Notes under the pieces: model-generated
What the model saw: only the letters and a program-made list of their open reading frames with translations
What the model was told of the DNA's origin: nothing
The model's database searches: none
Assembly: GCA_000175855.1 (NCBI GenBank)
Contig: ACYB01000007.1
Location: forward strand, 60,001 to 92,000
From: Raphidiopsis brookii D9
Lineage (GTDB): Bacteria > Cyanobacteriota > Cyanobacteriia > Cyanobacteriales > Nostocaceae
DNA length: 32,000 nucleotides
Direction: 5' to 3'
Translations under genes and position numbers: made by a program
Shown here: positions 9,775 through 19,637 of the stretch, in pieces
Numbering within the stretch: the stretch's first letter is position 1
Layout of the letters: the number at the start of each line of letters is the position of its first letter

Positions 9775-11651
9775 ATGCGCTCCGTCCAATCTAATCAATT
9801 TGATTACGTCAAAATTGGCATTGCTTCACCAGAACGTATCCGCGCTTGGGGGAACGTACCTTACCTAATGGTCAGGTGGTTGGTGAGGTGACAAAACCTG
9901 AAACCATTAACTACCGCACCCTCAAGCCAGAAATGGATGGTTTGTTTTGCGAGCGGATCTTTGGCCCTGCTAAAGACTGGGAATGTCATTGTGGTAAATA
10001 TAAACGGGTTCGTCATAGAGGTATTGTCTGTGAGCGCTGTGGGGTAGAGGTAACGGAATCACGAGTTCGCCGCCATAGAATGGGTTTCATTAAGTTAGCA
10101 GCACCCGTAGCCCATGTTTGGTATCTCAAAGGCATCCCTAGTTATATTGCTATACTATTAGACATGCCTCTACGAGATGTTGAGCAAATCGTCTACTTTA
10201 ACTCCTATGTAGTTTTAGCTCCTGGTAATGCTGACACACTGGTTTACAAGCAATTATTAACAGAAGACCAATGGTTAGAAGTTGAAGACAGGATTTATAG
10301 TGAAGATTCTCAACTAGTAGGCGTAGAAGTAGGAATTGGTGCTGAAGCTTTACTACGTTTATTGTCAGATATTAATTTAGAAGAAGAGGCGGAAAAACTA
10401 CGGGGGGAAATTGAATCGGCAAAGGGACAAAAACGGGCCAAATTGATTAAACGTCTGCGGGTAATTGACAATTTCATTGCCACTGGTTCCAAACCGGAAT
10501 GGATGGTGATGTCAGCTATTCCAGTCATTCCACCCGATCTCCGTCCCATGGTCCAACTGGATGGTGGTAGATTTGCTACTAGCGATTTAAACGACCTCTA
10601 TCGTCGGGTAATCAATCGCAATAATCGTTTAGCTAGGCTACAGGAAATCCTGGCACCGGAAATCATTGTCCGCAATGAAAAACGTATGTTACAGGAAGCG
10701 GTAGATGCTTTAATTGACAATGGTCGGAGAGGACGCACCGTAGTGGGAGCCAATAACCGTCCATTAAAGTCCTTATCAGATATTATAGAAGGTAAACAGG
10801 GACGATTTCGGCAAAACCTCCTGGGTAAAAGAGTTGACTACTCAGGACGTTCGGTTATTGTAGTTGGTCCCAAGTTGCAAATTCATCAGTGTGGACTCCC
10901 CAGGGAAATGGCCATAGAACTGTTTCAGCCGTTTGTGATTAATCGTTTAATTCGATCGGGAATAGTTAACAATATTAAAGCAGCCAAAAAGCTCATTTCT
11001 CGTAACGATCCTACTGTTTGGGATGTTTTGGAAGAAGTAATAGAAGGACATCCGGTTATGCTAAACCGTGCACCTACACTTCATAGATTAGGAATTCAGT
11101 CTTTCGAGCCCATATTAGTAGAGGGAAGAGCGATACAGTTACATCCTCTTGTTTGTCCAGCATTCAATGCTGACTTTGATGGAGATCAGATGGCTGTTCA
11201 CGTTCCTTTGTCCTTAGAAAGCCAAGCGGAAGCAAGACTGTTAATGTTAGCATCTAACAACATTCTTTCGCCTGCTACGGGTAAACCCATTGTCACACCC
11301 AGCCAAGACATGGTTTTGGGAGCCTATTACCTCACTGCTGAAAATCCTAATGCTAGCAAGGGAGCAGGCAAATACTTTGCCTCCCTAGACGATGTAATTA
11401 TGGCATATCAACAAGATCAAGTGGAACTACATGCCTATATTTATGTTCGATTCGATGGCGATGTGCAAACAGGACAACCGGATAACGAACCCTTGGAAGT
11501 TACAGAAAACGAAGATGGTAGCCGTACTCTCTTGTATAAATTTCGTCGAATACGAGAAGATGCCCAAGGGAATTTAATTTCCCAATATATTTACACCACT
11601 CCTGGCAGAGTGATTTATAACAAAGCAATTCAAGATGCTTTAGCCACCTAA
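9775..11651 (+). CDS. rpoC1: DNA-directed RNA polymerase subunit gamma (N-terminal half of beta-prime). The frame is interrupted at a G5 run (9848-9852) as assembled.
   Basis: ATG 9775 encodes [26 protein letters not shown]. The remainder, (G)[39 protein letters not shown]...[14 protein letters not shown]..., lies in the frame of track ORF 9846..11651. One extra G restores a continuous canonical protein. Confidence 0.97.
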
Positions 11652-11693
11652 TTACCCGTCCCGTTTGTCCTATTCTCCATTTCTTAACCCACC

Positions 11694-14600
11694 ATGACAG
11701 AAAAAATGATTTTCCGTAACCTTGTTGTCAACAAAGGTCAATTAAGAAACTTAATTTCCTGGGCATTTACCCACTATGGTACAGCCCGGACAGCTGTGAT
11801 GGCAGATAAACTAAAAGACCTAGGATTCCGGTTTGCGACCAAAGCCGGTGTATCCATTAGTGTAGACGATTTAATGGTTCCTCCCTCTAAAAAGTCCCTT
11901 TTACAGGCGGCTGAGGCGGAAATCTTGAGTACAGAGGCAAAATTTAAGCGTGGTGAAATTACGGAAGTAGAGCGATTCCAAAAAGTAATTGATACATGGA
12001 ATAGTACCTCTGAAAATCTCAAAGACGAAGTAGTTAATCACTTTAAAACTACAAATCCTCTTAATTCAGTTTATATGATGGCCTTTTCTGGAGCCAGAGG
12101 AAACATATCCCAAGTGAGACAATTAGTGGGAATGCGGGGACTAATGGCAGATCCCCAGGGAGAAATTATTGACTTGCCAATTAAGACCAATTTTCGGGAA
12201 GGCCTAACAGTTACCGAGTACATTATCTCCAGTTATGGTGCGAGAAAGGGATTAGTAGACACAGCACTACGAACCGCTGACTCAGGTTATTTAACCCGAC
12301 GATTAGTGGATGTTTCCCAAGACGTGATTATTAGGGAAGTAGACTGTGGAACCCTAAGAGGTGTACCCGTACGGGACATGACAGAAGGGGCAAAAGTATT
12401 AATTCCCCTAGGGACAAGACTACTAGGGAGGGTTGTAGCTAAAGATATTATTAATCCCACAACTGGGGAGATTCTGGCAACCCGGAATACACCGATTTCC
12501 GACGAACTAGCAGCGGAAATCCACAAAGCGGGAGTAAAAGAAGTATTGGTAAGATCACCATTAACCTGTGAAGCTGCCCGTTCCGTATGTCAACATTGCT
12601 ACGGGTGGAGCCTGGCATACGCCAAAATGGTGGATTTGGGCGAAGCAGTGGGAATTATTGCAGCTCAAAGTATTGGGGAACCCGGAACTCAATTAACCAT
12701 GCGGACCTTCCATACTGGTGGGGTATTTACAGGAGAAGTTGCCCAACAGGTAAGAGCCAAAATCCCAGGAACCATCAAATTTTCCCGCAGCTTAAAGACC
12801 CGTCCCTATCGGACTCGTCATGGAGAAGATGCTTTATATGCTGAAACCAACGGCAATTTAATCCTCGAAAGTCCCACCCAGGATCATCAAGAAATTTCTG
12901 TGACCCAGGGTTCCACACTATATATTGTCCCAGGTCAAAAGGTTGAGGTGTCAGAATTGCTGGCCGAAGTAGCTTTAGGAGGTAAAACCACTAAAGCTAA
13001 TACAGAAAAAGCAGTAAAAGATGTGGCTTCTGATTTGGCGGGTGAAGTAGTATTTGCTGATGTTTTAGCTGAACAAAAAACTGACCGTCAGGGAAACACC
13101 ACCACAACAGCAACAAGAGGTGGTTTGATTTGGATTTTGTCGGGAGAAGTTTATAATTTACTCCCCGGTGCAGAATTGGTAGTCAAAAATGGAGATAAGA
13201 TTACTACTAATGGAGTGTTGGCAGAGACTAGACTCAATACCGTACATGGAGGAGTGGTTCGCCTACCTGAACCCATTCCTGGTCGTCCCACCAGAGAAAT
13301 TGAAATCATTACAGCTTCTGTAATTTTAGACCAAGCAACAGTCACAGTTCATAGTTCTCAAGGGAAAAATAATTATTTGATTCATACTGGTCCAAGACAC
13401 CAGGAAGAAATCTCCAAAGAGAATATCAGTGAGGGATCTTTCCCATCCCAAACATTTAATCTCAGGGCCACACCCGGAACCAAAGTACAAAATGGTCAAG
13501 TTGTGGCTGAATTGATTGACGATAGATATCGCACTACCACGGGAGGAATGTTGAAATTTGCCGGAATTGAAGTCCAGAAAAAAGGCAAGGCTAAACTCGG
13601 TTATGAGGTGGTAAGTGGGGGACTTTGTTGTGGATACCTGAAGAAACCCACGAAGTGAATAAGGATATTTCTCTACTTTTAGTAGAAGATGGACAATTTG
13701 TGGAAGCAAGCACAGAAGTAGTTAAAGATATATTCTGTCAAACCAGTGGAGTGGTGGAAATTACCCAAAAAAACGACATTCTGAGGGAGATAGTCATTAA
13801 ACCCGGCGAACTTTTGATGGTAGATGATCCAGAAGCAGTGCTGGGGAGAGATAATACCTTTATTCACCCCCAAGAGGAGTTACTAGGGACTACTGTAACG
13901 GAAATGCGTTACATTCAATATGTGGAATCTCCCGAAGGACCAGCTCTTTTGAGTCGTCCTGTGGTGGAATTTCAGGTCTCATCCCACCCCAATTTACCTT
14001 CCACTACTTCTGTTAGTCAACAAACCGGAAGGTCGATACAATTAAGAGCAGTACAGCGGTTACCATACAAAGATGGGGAGCGCGTGAAAGCTGTAGATGG
14101 GGTTGAATTGCTCAGAACCCAACTAGTATTAGAGATTGAACAGGAGGGAGAGCAAGACCATGCTTCTCCTTTAGCAGCAGATATTGAATTAGTCCCTGAT
14201 AGTGAAAACTCTGAGATTCAACGTCTGCAATTAGTGATTTTGGAATCTCTATCACTGAGGCGAGATATGGCAGCTGATGCCACCCAAGGTAGCACCCATA
14301 CCACTTTAGAGGTAGAAGATGGTATTACCATTCCACCTGGATCAGTAGTAGCAAGAACTCAGATCCTTTCCAAGGAAGGAGGAATCATACGAGGGGTAAG
14401 ACCGGGTGCAGAAGCAGTTCGACGCTGTCTTATCCTCAGAGATACTGATATGATTGTCGTTAAGACAAATCTTCCACCTACTGTGAAAAAGGGAGATCTA
14501 TTGGTACAAGGCACGGAAATTGCTCCAGGAATAACAGCTCCTGTTTCTGGACAGTTGGTAGATATTAGTCATCAATTACCCCCCAACAACAATCAACAAG

Positions 14601-15835
14601 AACAGCTGGTAGAAGCAGCATACTCCTTGAAAATTCGCACAGGTCGTCCCTATCGGGTTAGTCCAGGAGCAGTCTTACAAATAGAAGACGGTGGATTGGT
14701 ACAAAGGGGAGATAATTTAGTTCTATTGGTGTTTGAACGCGCAAAAACAGGAGATATTATCCAAGGGTTGCCAAGAATTGAAGAATTGTTGGAAGCTCGT
14801 AAACCCAAAGAAGCATGTATTTTATCCCGTCGTTCTGGGGAAGTAAAAGTAGTTTATGGGGAAGGGGATGAAAACCTGGTCAGTCGGGAAGCATATTCAG
14901 TTAAGGTTGTAGAATCTGATGGTGTGGTAATAGACTATCCTTTAGGACCAGGACAGAATTTAATCGTTCCCGATGGTGCGATGGTAGAAGCTGGTCAACC
15001 ATTAACTGATGGACCTTCTAACCCCCATGAAATTTTAGAAATCTTCTTCAGTTTGGGGTCTGAGGATGGCCTTTACGCTTGTGCTAGTCATGCTCTACAA
15101 AAAGTGCAAAGCTTTTTAGTGAATGAGGTACAAATGGTATACCAGTCTCAGGGAATTGACATTGCAGACAAACACATTGAAGTCATAGTCCGACAAATGA
15201 CTAACAAAGTGCGTATTGATGATGGTGGTGATACCATTATGTTACCTGGAGAACTAGTTGAATTAAAACAGGTAGAGCAGGTAAATGAGGCTATGTCAAT
15301 TACCGGGGGGGCTAGAGCTCAGTACACACCAGTATTGCTGGGTATAACAAAAGCATCATTAAATACGGATAGTTTTATTTCTGCAGCTTCCTTCCAAGAA
15401 ACCACAAGGGTGTTGACAGAAGCAGCTATTGAGGGTAAATCTGACTGGTTAAGAGGACTCAAAGAGAACGTTATCATAGGAAGATTGATTCCCGCTGGTA
15501 CTGGTTATAACACTTATGAAGAGGTAGGAGCAATTGAGGACTATGGTACAGATGTGGCTACGGGTGTCTTAGATGAGGTAGATGATCCATTGGATATCGT
15601 TTTAGATGACCGAACCGCCAAGCTGTATAGTTTGGATAACTCTGGACTAGATGGCACTTATGATGATAGCTATGATCACGATAACACCTATGGTAGTAAC
15701 CATAGTACGGTTTTAGAGGATGAAGATGAGGATCTAATTACCGATGAAGTAATTACAGGTGTAGATGAAGATGAAGATGAGGATGATTACGAAGACGAGG
15801 ATGAAGATGATTTTGATATAGATGTAGATCTGTAA
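11694..15835 (+). CDS. rpoC2: DNA-directed RNA polymerase subunit beta-prime (C-terminal half, with the large cyanobacterial insertion). The frame is interrupted at a G5 run (13617-13621) as assembled.
   Basis: Track ORFs 11694..13658 and 13625..15835 overlap and together form one RpoC2: ...[10 protein letters not shown] | [15 protein letters not shown].... The C-terminus is a highly acidic tail ([23 protein letters not shown]). Confidence 0.97.
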
Positions 15836-15855
15836 TCATTGATGTTTAACCATTT

Positions 15856-15880
15856 GGGGGAGTCATTTCCCCTTTTCTTT
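15856..15880 (+). terminator. Rho-independent terminator candidate after rpoC2
   Basis: GGGGAG / (T)TTCCCC stem around a 4-nt loop (15857-15872), followed by TTTTCTTT. Confidence 0.5.
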
Positions 15881-15898
15881 CTCCATCCCTAGAGTAAT

Positions 15899-16429
15899 AT
15901 GAATTCCAACCTAGAAAATTTAGAGTTTATTGACTATATTGACCACAGTGGTGAATTACCCATACAACTTGAAGGTAAGATAGGTGTTTATGCAATTTTT
16001 AATCAGGAAAAAATTTTGCAATTCATTGGTTATTCCCGTGATGTTTATCTCAGTTGTAAGCAACATTTAGTTCGTCAACCCCATAAATGTTATTGGTTAA
16101 AAGTCCACACTATTGAACGTCCTGACCGAAAAATTCTGTCGGAGATTGAAAATAGCTGGATTGCCCAAAATGGTAGTCTACCACCGGGCAATGGTGAGAA
16201 TAAGCAAATATGGACTAATGCCATTAATGTTCAAGAGTTAATGACTGATACAGAAAAAGAGGATTATCAAAATCCATTAATTGATGATTTAGCTAAGACT
16301 AAAGTGTTAAAGAATGTATCACGTCGATTAGAGTCAGAAATATTAGAAGTGTTGAGAGCAAGGGGGTTGAAAACTCAAATTCGCTTTAACCCGAAGTTGA
16401 AAGAGGAGGGTTTACTGGATTTAAAATAA
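15899..16429 (+). CDS. GIY-YIG-like domain protein (176 aa), conserved neighbour of rpoC2
   Basis: GVYAIFNQEKILQFIGYSRDVYLSCKQH resembles the GIY...YIG nuclease-superfamily signature. It is a clean ATG ORF. The assignment rests on this motif only. Confidence 0.55.
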   Translation: MNSNLENLEFIDYIDHSGELPIQLEGKIGVYAIFNQEKILQFIGYSRDVYLSCKQHLVRQPHKCYWLKVHTIERPDRKILSEIENSWIAQNGSLPPGNGENKQIWTNAINVQELMTDTEKEDYQNPLIDDLAKTKVLKNVSRRLESEILEVLRARGLKTQIRFNPKLKEEGLLDLK

Positions 16430-16551
16430 CCTCACCTCCAGATGGTAGTATAATCCGAATTATAATTTAGAGGAGTTCCCTACCCAGGAAAAGACCTCTC
16501 TAGTCCAAAATGAATCATCATATATTACCTTAAACAGTCAAACAGATAACC

Positions 16552-18513
16552 ATGCTAGAACAAGGTACTATCAGTATACACACTGAGAATATTTTCCCCA
16601 TTATCAAGAAATCTCTCTATTCGGATCATCAAATATTCCTGCGCGAACTCATATCTAACGCGGTAGATGCGATCCAAAAAATCAAAATGGTCTCCCGTGC
16701 TGGGGAGTATGATGGAGATATGGGGGAACCGGAAATTACCATTGCCATTGACAAGGAGAAGAAAACCCTTTCCATCTCTGATAATGGTATTGGGATGACT
16801 GGGGAAGAAGTAAAAAAATATATTAACCAAGTAGCTTTCTCCAGTGCAGAAGAGTTTATTCATAAGTATGAAGGAAAAGCAGATCAACCAATTATTGGTC
16901 ATTTCGGTTTAGGTTTCTATTCTTCTTTTATGGTGGCTACAAGGGTTGAAATAGATACCCTTTCTTACAAAGAGGGTTCGCAAGCAGTACATTGGAGTTG
17001 TGATGGTTCACCAGAATTTACTTTAGATCAATCTTCTCGTCACAGTCGTGGTACAACGGTCACTTTAACGTTAATGCCCGATGAAGAAGATTATTTAGAG
17101 ACAGCCAGAATTAAAAATTTGGTCAAAACCTATTGTGATTTTATGCCAGTTCCCATCAAACTAGATGGAGAGGTGTTAAATAAACAAAAAGCACCCTGGC
17201 GAGAATCTCCCAGCACTTTGACCCAGGAAGATTATTTGGAGTTTTACCGCTACCTTTATCCCTTTCAGGAAGAACCTTTATTGTGGGTTCATTTGAACAC
17301 GGATTATCCATTTATTATTAATGGAATTTTGTATTTCCCTAAAATGCGTCCTGATGTGGATGTAACTAAGGGACAAACTAAGTTGTTCTGTAATCAAGTT
17401 TTCGTCAGCGATAATTGTGATGAAATTATTCCCCAATTTTTGATTCCTATGCGGGGTGTTATTGATAGTACGGATATTCCTTTGAACGTTTCTCGCAGTG
17501 CATTGCAAGGCGATCGCACGGTGAGGAAAATAGGAGATTATATCGCTAAAAAGGTGGGTGATAGACTAAAGGAACTCTATAGGAGCGATCGGGAACAATA
17601 TATCAAAGCTTGGAAGGACTTAGGGACTTTTGTTAAGTTTGGAGTTCTCAATGACGAGAAATTTAAAAAACAAGTGGAAGATATAATTGTTTTCCGAACT
17701 ACTGCTAAATTCACTGAAAGTCCCGCCCATGAACCAACAGTTGAGGTGCAGTCAGCGGAGGGTGATATTTGGCAAGATGTGAATAAGAGCAACACCAATA
17801 CCTTGCCCTACACCACCCTGAAGGAATATCTGGAGCGGAACAAAGAGCGTCAGGAAAATAAGGTATTTTATAGCACTGATGAAGCTAGCCAAGCTACATA
17901 TATAGAGCTACACAAAAATCAAGGTTTAGAAGTTCTATTTATGGACTCGTTCATTGATACTCACTTTATTAATTTTCTAGAAAGGGAATATCAGGATGTT
18001 AAATTTACTAGGGTAGATTCTGACCTAGATAACACATTATTAGATGATAAATCGGGGGAAATTGTAGACCCAACAACACAGAAAACCAAGAGTGAAACCA
18101 TCAAGGAGTTATTTGAGAAATCCCTCAACAAACCCAAGGTAAATATTCGCACTGAAGCCTTGAAATCCGATGATCCTCAAGGAACACCACCAGCAGTAGT
18201 GTTATTACCAGAAATTCTTCGTCGTCTGCGGGAAATGAATGCCATGATGCAACAACAAAATGCCGATTTTCCTGAAGATCACATTTTGTTGGTGAATACG
18301 GCCCATCCTTTGATTCAAAACCTAGTTAGCTTGAATCAGGGCACTATTATTCAAGACGGGGGTGAATCACCAACAGGAAAATTGGTGAAAATGATTTGTC
18401 AGCACGTTTATGATTTAGCATTAATGTCTCAAAAGGGCTTTGATGCAGAGGGGATGAAGTCTTTTGTTGAACGTTCTAACGAGGTGTTAACTAAGTTAAC
18501 TTCAGCAAGTTAA
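16552..18513 (+). CDS. htpG: Molecular chaperone HtpG (Hsp90 family)
   Basis: 653 aa. It has the GHKL ATPase N-terminus (…FLRELISNAVDA…, …DNGIGMT…, …GHFGLGFYSSFMVA…) and Hsp90 middle and C-terminal regions. Confidence 0.97.
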   Translation: MLEQGTISIHTENIFPIIKKSLYSDHQIFLRELISNAVDAIQKIKMVSRAGEYDGDMGEPEITIAIDKEKKTLSISDNGIGMTGEEVKKYINQVAFSSAEEFIHKYEGKADQPIIGHFGLGFYSSFMVATRVEIDTLSYKEGSQAVHWSCDGSPEFTLDQSSRHSRGTTVTLTLMPDEEDYLETARIKNLVKTYCDFMPVPIKLDGEVLNKQKAPWRESPSTLTQEDYLEFYRYLYPFQEEPLLWVHLNTDYPFIINGILYFPKMRPDVDVTKGQTKLFCNQVFVSDNCDEIIPQFLIPMRGVIDSTDIPLNVSRSALQGDRTVRKIGDYIAKKVGDRLKELYRSDREQYIKAWKDLGTFVKFGVLNDEKFKKQVEDIIVFRTTAKFTESPAHEPTVEVQSAEGDIWQDVNKSNTNTLPYTTLKEYLERNKERQENKVFYSTDEASQATYIELHKNQGLEVLFMDSFIDTHFINFLEREYQDVKFTRVDSDLDNTLLDDKSGEIVDPTTQKTKSETIKELFEKSLNKPKVNIRTEALKSDDPQGTPPAVVLLPEILRRLREMNAMMQQQNADFPEDHILLVNTAHPLIQNLVSLNQGTIIQDGGESPTGKLVKMICQHVYDLALMSQKGFDAEGMKSFVERSNEVLTKLTSAS

Positions 18514-18623
18514 ATAGTCCCCCAGGGACTGCTATCATGGAATGCAACCCTGCTAACTGAATTGCAAACACAGTTCAAACACAATTGGAAATGTTTAAAA
18601 TTCCTCAATTTTTGGGCAAAAGG

Positions 18624-18652
18624 TTGACATTCTGGGAATTTCTGTTTAGTAT
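18624..18652 (+). promoter_or_regulatory. Sigma-70-type promoter candidate for sodB
   Basis: TTGACA (18624-18629), a 17-nt spacer, then TAGTAT (18647-18652), about 150 nt upstream of the sodB ATG. Confidence 0.45.
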
Positions 18653-18802
18653 AGTATGGTACACAATTGCCCGCAAAACCTAAACCATTGAAAGGCCACG
18701 AGGAAAAATCAAAGCGTGTTTAGGCTAAGGGTATAAGTTACCAGTAATTTTCGAGGTTTGAGCAATAGCTCACCGATAACCATAAAGAGAGGACTTGAAA
18801 AC

Positions 18803-19399
18803 ATGGCATTTACACAGCTTCCCTTACCATACGACTTTAACGCTTTAGAAAGTTACGGCATGAAGGCTGAAACCTTTGAATACCACTATGGTAAGCATCA
18901 CAAAGCATATGTAGACAACCTAAACAAGCTAACTGAAGGTACAGATTTGGCGGATAAGTCTCTGGAAGAAGTAATCCAAATTTCCTTCAAAGACCCATCT
19001 AAAGCTGGAATTTTCAACAATGCAGCACAGGTTTGGAACCATACTTTCTTTTGGAATTCGCTCAAACCCGCAGGTGGCGGTGTCCCTACCGGAGCATTAG
19101 CAGACAAAATCAGTCAAGACTTTGGCAGCTTTGACAAGTTCAAAGAGGAATTTTCCACAGCAGCAGCAACCCAATTTGGTAGTGGTTGGGCTTGGTTAGT
19201 TGATGATGGTGGCACACTCAAAGTAGTCAAAACGCCGAATGCTGAGAACCCTTTAGTTCACGGTAAAAAACCACTCCTAACCCTTGACGTGTGGGAGCAC
19301 GCTTATTATATAGACTTTAAAAATGCGCGTCCCGCATTCATCAAAAATTTCTTAGACAATTTAGCCAACTGGGAATTTGTAGCAGCGAATTTAGGTTAA
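18803..19399 (+). CDS. sodB: Superoxide dismutase (Fe type)
   Basis: MAFTQLPLPYDFNALE..., ...HHKAYV..., ...FNNAAQVWNHTFFW... (Fe-type signature), ...DVWEHAYYIDF.... ATG 18803 has an upstream AGAGAGGA. The track starts earlier at a non-ATG codon. Confidence 0.95.
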   Translation: MAFTQLPLPYDFNALESYGMKAETFEYHYGKHHKAYVDNLNKLTEGTDLADKSLEEVIQISFKDPSKAGIFNNAAQVWNHTFFWNSLKPAGGGVPTGALADKISQDFGSFDKFKEEFSTAAATQFGSGWAWLVDDGGTLKVVKTPNAENPLVHGKKPLLTLDVWEHAYYIDFKNARPAFIKNFLDNLANWEFVAANLG

Positions 19400-19478
19400 A
19401 TGTGAAAGCAAAAATAAAACATTCAAGGTTTTAAGCGATTAAACTACAGCTTTAGCCAGAACGTGATAGACAGGGGAG

Positions 19479-19498
19479 CCAGGGAATTAATTCCCTGG
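19479..19498. other. Perfect 20-nt palindrome/hairpin CCAGGGAATTAATTCCCTGG between convergent sodB and the cas island
   Basis: Read directly. It has flanking short complementary arms (ctttag 19450-19455 / ctaaag 19506-19511). It could be a bidirectional terminator, but there is no adjacent U-tract. Confidence 0.35.
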
Positions 19499-19637
19499 TT
19501 CAAAGCTAAAGTTGGTTTTCAACCGACTAGTTTTGTTGGTGGGGGATTGTGGGTTAACCTGCATTATTCATGAAGCTAAAAATAGGCAAAACAAAACCTA
19601 ACATTTATCCCCCAATTTGTGAGCGATCGCCTAATTA

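Noticed and set aside
409-13873. Many 60-130-aa ORFs antisense to or overlapping the large housekeeping genes (e.g. 409..624, 3454..3645, 4056..4247, 5542..5766, 6535..6738, 7897..8232, 8650..8943, 10310..10549, 11774..12022, 12287..12526, 13326..13709)
   Set aside because: These are shadow ORFs on the opposite strand or in alternate frames of strongly supported conserved genes. They have no motifs and an atypical composition.
11694-15835. rpoC2 as two separate genes (654 aa + 736 aa), i.e. a novel additional split of beta-prime
   Set aside because: The two ORFs overlap by 34 nt and join perfectly with one extra G in a G5 run. The same error type occurs in rpoC1 and several other genes.
16449-16466. 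Two perfect TATAAT boxes (16449-16454, 16461-16466) upstream of htpG
   Set aside because: Neither has an acceptable -35 at 16-18 nt. The region is AT-rich, so chance matches are likely, and I did not call it as a feature.
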